Source: a virus. From it: a DNA stretch of 64,000 bases. Shown here piece after piece: positions 47,501-56,327 of this stretch. Each line of letters starts with the position of its first letter. The first letter of the stretch is position 1. Where the stretch lies: positions 3,893-67,892 of IMG/VR virus record IMGVR_UViG_3300022682_000033, one strand, 5' to 3'. Position numbers and translations under genes: made by a program. The notes beneath the pieces were generated by a model. It saw nothing but the letters and a program-made list of their open reading frames with translations, searched no databases and was not told the DNA's origin.

Positions 47501-47704
47501 ATTAATTGCCAATGGCTCAATATCTAAATTAATTGAAAACGCATATCCACAATCCTGACATTCCAGCGGTATGACAACAAAAAGATTTTTATTATCCGCG
47601 AAAAAAGGTTGATCCGAAATATTCCGTTTCAAATTATCACATCCACAATTAATGCAAAACGGATTAAGCTTTTCCGTAAATGTCACCTCATCCGTAGGTA
47701 TCAT
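47495..47704 (-). CDS. Cassette ORF, zinc-ribbon-like
   Basis: CINC and CQDC; stop codon in the R'' core. Confidence 0.6.
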   Translation of the reverse strand: MIPTDEVTFTEKLNPFCINCGCDNLKRNISDQPFFADNKNLFVVIPLECQDCGYAFSINLDIEPLAINK

Positions 47705-47714
47705 TTCAGTTCTC

Positions 47715-47773
47715 CAATAACGTTAATGATCACCGGCGCGGCTTTTTGCGTCCGCTCGAATGTCGGGTTATGT
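47715..47773 (-). repeat. attC-like site
   Basis: Minus strand ACATAAC..GCGGACGCAAAAAGCCGCGCCG..GTTATTG. Confidence 0.75.
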
Positions 47774-47897
47774 GCCGTCAGAATCGAACTGACCTCAACC
47801 AGGGTTTTCACCCTACGGCTATTTCACGATGCCGATTTGAACGGCCACCCCTGGTTTTCTTTTCCGCAGTTGCCAGTCACCAGTCTGGCTTGGGCAC
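47772..47897 (-). ncRNA. tRNA-like pseudoknotted RNA B (cassette cargo)
   Basis: GTGCC/GGCAC, D-like arm, crossing CTGCGG/CCGTAG and AACCAGGG/CCCTGGTT, two T-loop hairpins. Confidence 0.7.
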
Positions 47898-48023
47898 ATA
47901 ACGCCCGGGTCAGTTGCCTGGCGGTTAAAATTAAAACGGTGGCTTGCCGATGCAAACATGATCAAGCACTTCATTATCAAAAACCGCATCGCCCGCCCGG
48001 TCCACTGCACCTGCTTGTTGGGG
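47896..48023 (-). repeat. attC-like site (long)
   Basis: Minus strand CCCCAAC..GTGCAGTGG...CAACTGAC..GTTATGT. Confidence 0.65.
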
Positions 48024-48155
48024 GGCGTGTTGCGCTTCTCTGATAAGCCTTAATGCGGTCTGATGTCTGTTTTCATTCGGATATTTATTTTCAACTGCCA
48101 TTATTAGTTCGTAATAGCTTTCAAGCTGTTCAAACTCTTTCTCTTGAATTTCCAT
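47931..48155 (-). CDS. Cassette ORF, hypothetical, reading into its attC
   Basis: GGAGG RBS right after GTTGGGA; YYELIMAVENKYPNENRHQTALR. Confidence 0.55.
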   Translation of the reverse strand: MEIQEKEFEQLESYYELIMAVENKYPNENRHQTALRLIREAQHAPQQAGAVDRAGDAVFDNEVLDHVCIGKPPF

Positions 48156-48389
48156 AAAGCCTCCCAACAGTTTTGATAGACGGAAAACATTTCCGTCTAT
48201 TCAGATATTATTGTCAAATTTACGCAGACCTATTAAAGTCTCGCAAAAGTTCCTTGTATTTCGCCAATAGCAGATTGTATTTCTTATAAAGATTCAAATG
48301 TGAGTCAATAAGCGCCCAACTGTATTGGAAGTGCTTTAGTTTTCTCAGATGTTTCAAGTGACTCTCTTCCAATAATTTTGGTTTGTTTT

Positions 48390-48935
48390 TTACCATTTTT
48401 TAACTCGAATTTTACCTGGCTCATACCCTATTGCGCCGATTTCATCAATTGTTTCATTAAAAGCTTCGACTGCTTCAACAAGCTCATCTGGGACGTCCGT
48501 ATCATCTGGCATTTCATCATACCAGCGATCAACATCAAGATAGCTTAGTTGCGTAGGAACGCAAACAACAAGCAGAAGGTTATCGAATCCGAGTTTGGTC
48601 TTCAACAAAAAATCTTTGACTTCATCCTTGTCATTAAAAAACATACCTAATTGGATTGAGTATGCTGGAAGTGACTGATCCCACTCCATTTCTTTTAATT
48701 TTCCATATCTTTTTATCTTTTCTGTGAAAGCGCAATTGTCGCATCTGAAATACTTCTTATCAATTATTGCGCCGCAATCATGACATTTTCGATGAGTGCA
48801 TCCATTATTTCTTGCAGCTTCTTCATTTGTTCCAAAAAATACTCCGTTTCTTGAAACCCATCCTTTTATATCTTCAACATATTTAGCGGCTTCGCCTGAT
48901 TCTGGCAAAATATTTTTCATATTAATTCCCTCCAT
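48390..48935 (-). CDS. Conserved phage hypothetical protein (Cys-rich)
   Basis: GWVSRNG.FFG..E..AR..GCTH..C..CG. Confidence 0.6.
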   Translation of the reverse strand: MEGINMKNILPESGEAAKYVEDIKGWVSRNGVFFGTNEEAARNNGCTHRKCHDCGAIIDKKYFRCDNCAFTEKIKRYGKLKEMEWDQSLPAYSIQLGMFFNDKDEVKDFLLKTKLGFDNLLLVVCVPTQLSYLDVDRWYDEMPDDTDVPDELVEAVEAFNETIDEIGAIGYEPGKIRVKKW

Positions 48936-48972
48936 TATGGTTGAGTTTTTGGCTATATATGTTCAAAACCTT

Positions 48973-49188
48973 TCATATTCGATCCCAAGACGCCAAACCA
49001 ATTACGATTGGCCCAAAAAGTAATTCTATTGTTTTAAAACCAGGTTTATAAACTTTGTTTATTGCAAAAAACACAGTCCTTCTAAAACCATTTGAATCAT
49101 AATAATACCACAGTTTGTTTTCTTTTTTATCTGGAAACCACAAAAATAAAACGTTGTTTTTGCCGATCTTCTTTTCAAATTTACGCAT
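48973..49188 (-). CDS. Hypothetical protein
   Basis: GAGGGG RBS. Confidence 0.45.
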   Translation of the reverse strand: MRKFEKKIGKNNVLFLWFPDKKENKLWYYYDSNGFRRTVFFAINKVYKPGFKTIELLFGPIVIGLASWDRI

Positions 49189-49327
49189 TCTGCTATCCCC
49201 TCATGTAACTCAATAAAATATGCCCGCCGAAGTATAAAACCGTAACGATTGAAGTCACGGTTACAATTGCAGGCATATACTTGTCTATAATATCGAACAT
49301 TGATTTTTCTTTGTCTATAAGCATTAG

Positions 49328-49582
49328 TTACCTCCCTTCCCTTAGCAACCCATATCTATATGGTTTTGTCTCGTTGATTTGATAGATCAGAAGCCACCGC
49401 GATCCCTCTCTCAAATACCGCAATGCTACAGGATAACTGCAATCTAACTCTAAAGCAATATCCTCTGTTGTAATGCCGCTTTTTGACTTGAAAAGCCGCA
49501 TAAACCGAAACGCCCTTTCGATGTTGTTGTGCTGGCGAACCGTCCGTCGTGACGCCAGCCGCTTCTTAATGCCGCCCATCGG
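49328..49582 (-). CDS. Small wHTH protein (start uncertain)
   Basis: GITTEDIALELDCSYPVALRYL. Confidence 0.5.
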   Translation of the reverse strand, partial: PMGGIKKRLASRRTVRQHNNIERAFRFMRLFKSKSGITTEDIALELDCSYPVALRYLREGSRWLLIYQINETKPYRYGLLREGR

Positions 49583-50183
49583 ACAATTTCTCCTTGTCAT
49601 ATTGATTGATCCCCCACACAATCGCGTGTAGGCACCAGAGAAAATGGTAACTGAACTCTGTTAGGTCCCATTCCCAGGTGTCATAAAACGTAAATGTGTC
49701 ACAATCATATCCGAATTTATATTCAAATCTATGTAGTTTTTCATGAGCATCATATTCATTTTCGGCATTGAGAATTTCTTTTTTTATGGTTTTCCAAAAC
49801 GTTCTGCGGGAATCAATCGGTATTAAATCGTCTTTACATCCATCTACAAATGCATCCCGCGCATAGGCCATTAGAGCGTCATGGCTAAACTTTTTAGCTG
49901 GTTCGTAGGTGCTATCAGCGACCATCTTTTCGTGCCAATATGAGGCGTCTATGGAGCCGTCTGGACGCCTGAAAAAGTTGAACATGTCATCCAATCTTCT
50001 GAATGCATAACTGCCCATGTCGCCGTTTATGATTAGCATCCCCTTTGCAGTGATTAATTCGAACCAGTGGTTGATACTGTTTTTGGCCCCGAAATACAGG
50101 TGCCGGTTCAGGCCATCGTCATTGACGATTTTGATCCGGTGATCTTTGACGTCATCAATAAAGAAGTCGCGGCTAAAATTCAT
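49566..50183 (-). CDS. Conserved phage hypothetical protein
   Basis: DDGLNRHL, FELIT..G.LII.GDMG.Y.F.R..DMF.FFR. Confidence 0.6.
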   Translation of the reverse strand: MNFSRDFFIDDVKDHRIKIVNDDGLNRHLYFGAKNSINHWFELITAKGMLIINGDMGSYAFRRLDDMFNFFRRPDGSIDASYWHEKMVADSTYEPAKKFSHDALMAYARDAFVDGCKDDLIPIDSRRTFWKTIKKEILNAENEYDAHEKLHRFEYKFGYDCDTFTFYDTWEWDLTEFSYHFLWCLHAIVWGINQYDKEKLSDGRH

Positions 50184-50485
50184 TTTTCTCCTCCTCTTTG
50201 GGATTCTTTCCTTTCAATCCGGTTGCATTTCATTGTTCTGCGATTATACCGCACGTTTTGAAATCCAGGCGGCGGCTTGTGTTTGGAATTATGCTTGAAA
50301 CACTCTCTTGGCCGAGGTGGTTTTGGTTTTGGATTGTCTTTGAAATAATCCGACAAATTATCGTTAGAAGTTGTGCAAGATGAGTAAACGTAAATTATCC
50401 ATTCAAGGTCGTCACTTGTAATAGCAGTACTTGTTCCATTGATAGTTTTGATAACCGTGCTGGTGCATGTATCATCAGGAATCAT
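50180..50485 (-). CDS. Hypothetical protein
   Basis: ATGA overlaps with both neighbours. Confidence 0.45.
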   Translation of the reverse strand: MIPDDTCTSTVIKTINGTSTAITSDDLEWIIYVYSSCTTSNDNLSDYFKDNPKPKPPRPRECFKHNSKHKPPPGFQNVRYNRRTMKCNRIERKESQRGGEK

Positions 50486-51579
50486 TTTCCGCGTCCGTAC
50501 TTTTTAAGGAAATCGTTTCTAAGATATGCGAGCTTGCGATGATCGGCCATGAGTATTGATTGAGGCCCACCCCAACTTTTTACGATTGCAATTGTAATAT
50601 TGTCATTTATTTCAAGATTCCCGTCCGTCGCGTTTTTTGCTGATTCTATTAAAATTTCCCATGCTTTATTTGCCTTGTCATCGTCATGTCTTTGGTCTCC
50701 CTTTTTCCTCTTTTCCATACATAGGCGGTCATAATGTTCACGAAGTTTTTTCGGGCTCAAAACATTCATGCACCAAAACCCGTCTCTCGATGCAAAGTTG
50801 ATTATTTCATGCACTTCAAGCGGGTTCCGCTTATCTATTCTAAGCATCAAGTCTATATCACCGGCCCACGATTGCATGTTTGGCTGCCTAAAATCAGGCT
50901 TGTTTTCACGAATTCTTGTTAGCAGGTGTTCAGCCAAGCGCATCTCTCGTGAGGTTTTTAAGAATTTCGGCTTTGGCCGTGTCTTATCAGACGATATGTG
51001 GTTTTCGAGTATGTTTTCCCACGCCTTAACCGCTTTTATACATAATTGCTTCGTTTCCTTATCCGCATCAGGCGGCGCGATAGATTCTCTTATTCGGATC
51101 ATGGCAACATCATCATTTCCCAATTTAGACAAGTGATTGTCTATAATTGACGCCGCAACCGCATCCCTGATGTTATCATCTTCATCTGGCAGTGATTTTT
51201 TCCATAATCTATTAATAAGCTCATTGGCCGCGTTCCGAACCAATTTAACCTCCGGTGCCGCCTGGGTTATCCCAGATGATGCGAGAGCATCGTTACATTC
51301 TTTTTTTGCTTTAGCGCAGAGGTTTTTGACGACAAAAACAGTAGCAGCATAGCAAAAATCCTTTTGTGATATAGTGGCGTTTATGAAAAAAATGCTTGGC
51401 GAGACATCAAACACATTGCATATTTTTAGAATGTAATCAATTTTTGGGCGGTTTCTTATGATCCGCCAATTAAATACAATTTGCCTTGATACGCCAAGCC
51501 GCCTGGCTATTTCTGATTCGCTCATCTTTTTGGCAGTGATTAGATCATCCAGAAAGGCAGTATTGAATAGTAACATCAA
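50482..51579 (-). CDS. XRE/Cro-like HTH fused to a replication-initiator-like C-terminal domain
   Basis: MSESEIARRLGVSRQIVFNW; WAGDIDLMLRIDKR...FWCMNVLSPKKLREHYDRL. Confidence 0.65.
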   Translation of the reverse strand: MMLLFNTAFLDDLITAKKMSESEIARRLGVSRQIVFNWRIIRNRPKIDYILKICNVFDVSPSIFFINATISQKDFCYAATVFVVKNLCAKAKKECNDALASSGITQAAPEVKLVRNAANELINRLWKKSLPDEDDNIRDAVAASIIDNHLSKLGNDDVAMIRIRESIAPPDADKETKQLCIKAVKAWENILENHISSDKTRPKPKFLKTSREMRLAEHLLTRIRENKPDFRQPNMQSWAGDIDLMLRIDKRNPLEVHEIINFASRDGFWCMNVLSPKKLREHYDRLCMEKRKKGDQRHDDDKANKAWEILIESAKNATDGNLEINDNITIAIVKSWGGPQSILMADHRKLAYLRNDFLKKYGRGK

Positions 51580-51644
51580 TGAACATCCTTTTTATTAAAG
51601 TGAAGAACATTTATAATCCGTAAATGTAAAAAGCTTGTACAATG

Positions 51645-51676
51645 TTCTTGACATTGTTGTCAAGAAATAATATAAA
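51645..51676. promoter_or_regulatory. Divergent promoter/operator palindrome
   Basis: TTCTTGACA-4-TGTCAAGAA; rightward TTGACA-17-TATAAA. Confidence 0.65.
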
Positions 51677-51734
51677 AAAACATGTTTTGTCAAAATTATT
51701 TTACTTTATTAATTTTTTATCATGGAGGTGTTAA

Positions 51735-53135
51735 ATGGAAGAAGTATACAAAATCAAACAAATCGGTATGAAAAATTTTGGAGCGTTCAAAGCTTTTCAG
51801 GCCGATATCGACCCAAACGTGACCTATTTTTGCGGATGGAATGGCAGCGGCAAATCAACTGCTGGTGTAGACGCAGTGTGGGCCGCTATGACAGGCATTG
51901 CAACGCGGGGTGATGCGTTGCCTGGGGAAAAATTTCGGTTTGTAGGTGACTACGACAGGACGGCTATGACCGAGTTGACGCTTGAAGAGATCAATTCGGG
52001 AAGGACAATAACCGTAAGCCGAAAGATTCTGAAGAACAGCACAATCTTGAAGGCTGAAAGCGATGACGGTAAAAAAATTGATCAAGCCGATATCAAGGAT
52101 ATGTTTTCAAGTCTGTTTGTCAATTTGTCAGCGTTCGCCCAACTAAGCCCGGTTGAACAGGCAAAGGCCATCGGTATTGACACGTCTGAGTATGACGAGT
52201 ACAATTCCGAATTGAAAAAGGCGCGTGCAGATGTTAACCGGGATCGTCTCCGGTTAAAAAAGGCGGTTGAAAGCTACGGTGATGTTGAGGCCGTCGAGGC
52301 GATTGACGTTGCCGCATTGAATGCTGAGTTGAAACAGGCGTATGAAACGAACATGCAACGCCAGCAAGAAGCGAGTGAATCCATTGCCGCCGAAAGAGCG
52401 GAAATTGATAAGTTTAACGCTGAGCAAGATAAAGTTTCAAGGGTGCGCGATTCAATTTCGGCGAGTATTAATACGCTTGAAGATCAAATCAAAGCAATTG
52501 AGCGGACGCTTGAAGAAAAAAAGCGACTTCTTGAAAGTCACAAAGATGAATTGCAAAAAACACCCTTGCCTGAACCTATGAAGGAATCACCGGAAGAGCC
52601 GGAAGTCGAATACATCGACACTGAGAAGATCGAGGTGCAAATTGAGAATGCCGCCGAACAGAATGAAAAGGCGGCGGTATACAAAAAATATAGCGAGCTG
52701 AAAGATCGGCTTAAAACCGTCGAAAAGGATTATGCCGGGTTTAACAAGCGGATTGATGAGAACCTGGCCAAGCGCAATAGATATATATCGGATGCCAAGC
52801 TCCCGTTTTCAAACATTTCGATTGATGAGAGCGGCGGCGTGATGATGAATGGGCGCCCGTTTTCGCCGAATTACTTTTCGCACGGTGAAATCATCAAATA
52901 CTCATCCATGCTTCTGGCATCGAACCCGCCCAAGCTGCGCTATGTGTTCATTGAGAACGCGAGTTTGATTGATCCGGAAAATCTGGATCAACTGTTGAAA
53001 TTTCTAAACGAAAACGGCTTTCAGGTTGTGTGCGAAATTGTGGACAACAGAAAGCGAGGCGATAATTCGGTTTTGCTCAAGGACATGGAAATCGTTGAAT
53101 CTTATGACGATGACGGCGCTGTGGAATTGAGATAA
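51735..53135 (+). CDS. Rad50/SbcC-like AAA ATPase
   Basis: MKNFGAF, Walker A GWNGSGKST, coiled coil, FSHGE signature, VFIEN. Confidence 0.8.
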   Translation: MEEVYKIKQIGMKNFGAFKAFQADIDPNVTYFCGWNGSGKSTAGVDAVWAAMTGIATRGDALPGEKFRFVGDYDRTAMTELTLEEINSGRTITVSRKILKNSTILKAESDDGKKIDQADIKDMFSSLFVNLSAFAQLSPVEQAKAIGIDTSEYDEYNSELKKARADVNRDRLRLKKAVESYGDVEAVEAIDVAALNAELKQAYETNMQRQQEASESIAAERAEIDKFNAEQDKVSRVRDSISASINTLEDQIKAIERTLEEKKRLLESHKDELQKTPLPEPMKESPEEPEVEYIDTEKIEVQIENAAEQNEKAAVYKKYSELKDRLKTVEKDYAGFNKRIDENLAKRNRYISDAKLPFSNISIDESGGVMMNGRPFSPNYFSHGEIIKYSSMLLASNPPKLRYVFIENASLIDPENLDQLLKFLNENGFQVVCEIVDNRKRGDNSVLLKDMEIVESYDDDGAVELR

Positions 53136-53198
53136 GTTTGCCTTCCGGTTGGGCTTATAATTTGGGCATGATAACTTAAGAATAGAGGTCTAATAATA

Positions 53199-53384
53199 AT
53201 GTTAGAAACAGAAACAGAAATAGAAAAAATTGAAAGTGAGTACATGAGCGCTGTCAGTGTTATAAACTCAAAGTTTGCCCCGTCTGATGATGATTGGAAA
53301 AGACTTGAAGTCGCAGAAAAAAAATATAACCAATTAATCCAGCGGAATCAGTGCCGGTTTGATTCCGCTGATCTTAACGTTTAA
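53199..53384 (+). CDS. Hypothetical protein ending in an attC-like site
   Basis: GAGG RBS; ORF track. Confidence 0.45.
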   Translation: MLETETEIEKIESEYMSAVSVINSKFAPSDDDWKRLEVAEKKYNQLIQRNQCRFDSADLNV

Positions 53385-53385
53385 C
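53324..53385 (+). repeat. attC-like site
   Basis: ATATAAC..ATCCAGCGGAATCA/TGATTCCGCTGAT..GTTTAAC. Confidence 0.7.
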
Positions 53386-53405
53386 TGATAATTAAGGAGT
53401 GTAAT

Positions 53406-53861
53406 ATGGGTAGAGAAATAAAAAGAGTGCCTCTTGATTTCGAGTGGCCAATCGGTGAAATTTGGCCGTTTTATTTGCACAATACATGTATTGACGATTG
53501 CGACAAATGCAAATTGGCGGCTAAAGAGATCGGTCTTGGAATGACAGAATATGGTTGTCCTGCATTTAAAAAATATAATCCACCGGAAGGCGTCGGATTT
53601 CAGTTGTGGGAGACGACGAGTGAAGGTTCTCCTATGTCTCCGGTTTTCGATACACCAGAAAGTCTTGCCGAATGGTTGGAGGCGAACAAGGTGAGTTCTT
53701 TTGCATCGTTTACATGCTCGTATGATCAATGGCTCGATTTTATACGTGGTCCGGGATGGGCTACGAGCGCCATCCTCGACAAAAACGGCTTTAGAAGCGG
53801 CGTTTGCGCCTCAGTCCAACCAGTCATTCAAGCGGACGGCAAAAAGGACGCCGCCGCTTAA
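53406..53861 (+). CDS. Conserved phage hypothetical protein (cassette-like)
   Basis: MGREIKRVPLDF.WP, G.QLWETTSEGSP.SPVF. Confidence 0.65.
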   Translation: MGREIKRVPLDFEWPIGEIWPFYLHNTCIDDCDKCKLAAKEIGLGMTEYGCPAFKKYNPPEGVGFQLWETTSEGSPMSPVFDTPESLAEWLEANKVSSFASFTCSYDQWLDFIRGPGWATSAILDKNGFRSGVCASVQPVIQADGKKDAAA

Positions 53862-53880
53862 TTCCACAGCCAGGTTAAAA
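53814..53880 (+). repeat. attC-like site with an eroded 3' end
   Basis: GTCCAACCAGTCATTCAAGCGG..CCGCTTAAT. Confidence 0.6.
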
Positions 53881-53895
53881 TTAAGGGAGGGGAAA

Positions 53896-54909
53896 ATGCA
53901 AAATCAAGACGGATTCGCTGTCATGGAAAAACCAAATGGCAGCGTGGCACAAACAAGGGAAATGCAATCGGCCATGACTGAGATACAGTCAAAGCTGGTT
54001 ATCGCGAAAAGATTTCCACGCGATGAAACAATCGCATATCAGAAAATTGTCGGAGCGTGCCAACGCTATGGGCTGGCCGCCGAGGCGCTTTATTCATATC
54101 CGAGGGGTGGCCAAAGAGTCGAGGGGCCGAGCATTGATCTTGCCAGAGCAATCGCCCAACGTTGGGGGAATCTCGACTATGGGACTCGTGTAGTGGAACA
54201 GGGTGATGACTCCACTCGGATGGAGGCATACTGTTGGGATTTGGAAACGAACGTTTGTGAACGTCGTGAATTTAATGTGCCGCATGTCAGAAAGGCGCGC
54301 GGCGCGATGAACAAATTGACCGACCCCAGGGACGTATATGAAATTACCGCAAACATGGGTTCCAGACGCCTGAGAGCTTGTATTTTAAACATTGTTCCTG
54401 GTGATATAGTAGAGGCGGCAGTCGGGCAGGTTAATGCGACGTTGAAGGCAGGGCTGAGCCAGGCAGGTAATTTTGAAGACCGCAGTCGGAAGATGTTGGT
54501 CATGTTTGGAGAAGTCGGCGTTACAAAGCCCATGATCGAGAAATACATGGGGCACAAGTTTGACTCAATAAGCCCGGCTGAATTGGCACGATTGGGAAAG
54601 GTATACAAATCGATCCGGGATGGGATCGCAAGAAGGCGCCAGTTTTTTGAGGTTGAAACGGATTTGGCCAATGAGATTAAACAGAAGGATGGCGGGACAT
54701 CTGCCAAGACAACGGAGGAGAATACTAAAGACGAAAAGCAGGATAACCATAAGTCAGAGGGCTTAGCGTTGCAAGACGTTTACGATGAATACGGAACAGT
54801 CGTTGACAAGGTTCTAAAAAAGGCCGGTAAGAAGCGGAACGACTTTACGGACAAGGATGCGGGGATGCTTGCGGATATGTGCCTTGAAGAATTGGATGGG
54901 GGTGAGTAA
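53896..54909 (+). CDS. Putative phage recombination (ssDNA annealing) protein
   Basis: AKRFPRD, YSYPRGG..VEGPSI.LA..IA..WGN; lies between the ATPase and SSB-like genes. Confidence 0.55.
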   Translation: MQNQDGFAVMEKPNGSVAQTREMQSAMTEIQSKLVIAKRFPRDETIAYQKIVGACQRYGLAAEALYSYPRGGQRVEGPSIDLARAIAQRWGNLDYGTRVVEQGDDSTRMEAYCWDLETNVCERREFNVPHVRKARGAMNKLTDPRDVYEITANMGSRRLRACILNIVPGDIVEAAVGQVNATLKAGLSQAGNFEDRSRKMLVMFGEVGVTKPMIEKYMGHKFDSISPAELARLGKVYKSIRDGIARRRQFFEVETDLANEIKQKDGGTSAKTTEENTKDEKQDNHKSEGLALQDVYDEYGTVVDKVLKKAGKKRNDFTDKDAGMLADMCLEELDGGE

Positions 54910-55259
54910 TGGAAATTGTGACAGTAAAAATAAAATCTTCTCAGTATGGTGAAGCTGCTATGGCTGAAGAATATAACGGGGCGTTCTCAATTGTTGCCGC
55001 GCAAGCAGGGAAAGATGGCAAAACATATAGCCGGTGGGCGTTCCCTCAAACAAAAGACCGCAAGCCAGCTAAAAAGGCTATTCCGGTTAAGGTGTCAATC
55101 GGAAACTCTCTTGACGAGGCCATTTCAACGGTAAGACAGATTTTGAGCAGTCTAGAAAAGGCCAAAAATCTTACTGGCGGTGCACCTCAGCCTCCAAAAC
55201 ATGATGACGGCGGTTATGATGGTTATGAGCCGCCTGTGCCTGATGACATCCCATTCTAA
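54909..55259 (+). CDS. SSB-like protein
   Basis: Acidic C-terminal DDIPF tail. Confidence 0.6.
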   Translation: MEIVTVKIKSSQYGEAAMAEEYNGAFSIVAAQAGKDGKTYSRWAFPQTKDRKPAKKAIPVKVSIGNSLDEAISTVRQILSSLEKAKNLTGGAPQPPKHDDGGYDGYEPPVPDDIPF

Positions 55260-55263
55260 TAAA

Positions 55264-55290
55264 AAATCCGTCGCTATATGCGGCGGATTT
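55264..55290. terminator. Hairpin terminator between convergent operons
   Basis: AAATCCGTCGC/GCGGCGGATTT. Confidence 0.6.
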
Positions 55291-55401
55291 AAAATTATGC
55301 TGGCTTCGGATCGCTAAAGAGATGGACAGGCACAAGAAAGCGATCTGATTGGGTTCCGGGACGGCCAGCGCGCCCGTGCTAAGGAGTCTTGTGCCAAACT
55401 A

Positions 55402-55731
55402 TTATTTTTTCTGGAATCTTTTGACTCCAAGAATATGCCCTTTGTCATTTCTGACAGCACTTTCTGGACCAGTATCAGGACACACCAGATCGGTTCTGTC
55501 TGATGCCTGAATAACGAGAACGCTTACAACTATCCATACGTCTTCTTTTTGTTCCGGCAACCCTGAAATATCTGTATATGCTTTACGCACTACAGGGATG
55601 CCCTCTATTTCAGGCTGTGTTGTAGTTTCTTCATTGATCCTGACCTGCACGCCTTCAGGCTCAATAGTTGTAATAATGTTCCCATTTTCTCCATAAACTA
55701 CCACCGGATGTGGTGTAAAGTTTCTAATCAT
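55402..55731 (-). CDS. Conserved phage protein (NxTPH family)
   Basis: NFTPH, GLPE, IVVS, PDTG..AVRN..G.I.GV. Confidence 0.65.
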   Translation of the reverse strand: MIRNFTPHPVVVYGENGNIITTIEPEGVQVRINEETTTQPEIEGIPVVRKAYTDISGLPEQKEDVWIVVSVLVIQASDRTDLVCPDTGPESAVRNDKGHILGVKRFQKK

Positions 55732-55746
55732 TTTTTATTATCCTTT

Positions 55747-55914
55747 CTATATATATTGTGGTAAAATTTTATTTTTTTGAATCATCAATCTTGCATCGTA
55801 ATTGTCAACCTCACTAAATCCATATAGGTTAGTAGTTATACCAATACGGTAAGAACCATCTTCCAGCTTAACTAATAGTGCATAATCTATTATCCAGCTA
55901 TCAACCACTTTCAT
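55747..55914 (-). CDS. Small hypothetical protein
   Basis: GGAGG RBS before MKVVDSW. Confidence 0.4.
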   Translation of the reverse strand: MKVVDSWIIDYALLVKLEDGSYRIGITTNLYGFSEVDNYDARLMIQKNKILPQYI

Positions 55915-56327
55915 ATTTACCTCCATATTATTTAAATAATAAAAACCGATTATGTATGTAATAGCCGATCTTGCATATCTTGGGCGCGCTCGCCTTCGCA
56001 TGTATGCTCGCTTCCATGGTGGCAGCCGCAATAGTGTCTTTTTGATCCAAGCTTGAATGGCTCTCGGTTTTCATATCGTTTTCGATAATGGTACCGGCAG
56101 AGGCCATTCCTATATTCATCTGCAGCGCACATACTGCAGAACCTCTTTGGCGGGTTGCGGTTCAATTCATCCCGCTTTTCGTATGCCTGGCGCCTCTTTG
56201 GATAGAAATAGCATGAGTGAACATGCCATATTCCCATGTTGTCAAGGCGGCCGATCTCAAAGAGCAATTTGCTCCGCGATACTTTTATTAAGTACATCTC
56301 TTGACTCCTTTTCTTGTTTTTACAATG

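Noticed and set aside
43809-48015. 14-nt identity CCACTGCACCTGCT between RNA A (43809) and the attC at 48002
   Set aside because: Several 14-mer matches are expected by chance in 64 kb, and RNA B has no equivalent match that I could find
47609-48043. ORFs 47609-48043 (+) and 47819-48010 (-)
   Set aside because: They overlap attC sites and RNA B with no RBS; probably spurious
34523-48200. Dispersed repeats read as a CRISPR array
   Set aside because: Spacing is irregular and gene-sized, and the repeats have attC core and hairpin architecture
53701-53895. N-terminal extension of the 402-aa ORF
   Set aside because: It overlaps the upstream gene and an attC; the RBS-supported ATG is at 53896
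55299-55395. HDV-like, hammerhead or twister ribozyme call
   Set aside because: CGAA precedes the last helix, but the P3/L3/P1.1 geometry and other catalytic cores are not matched
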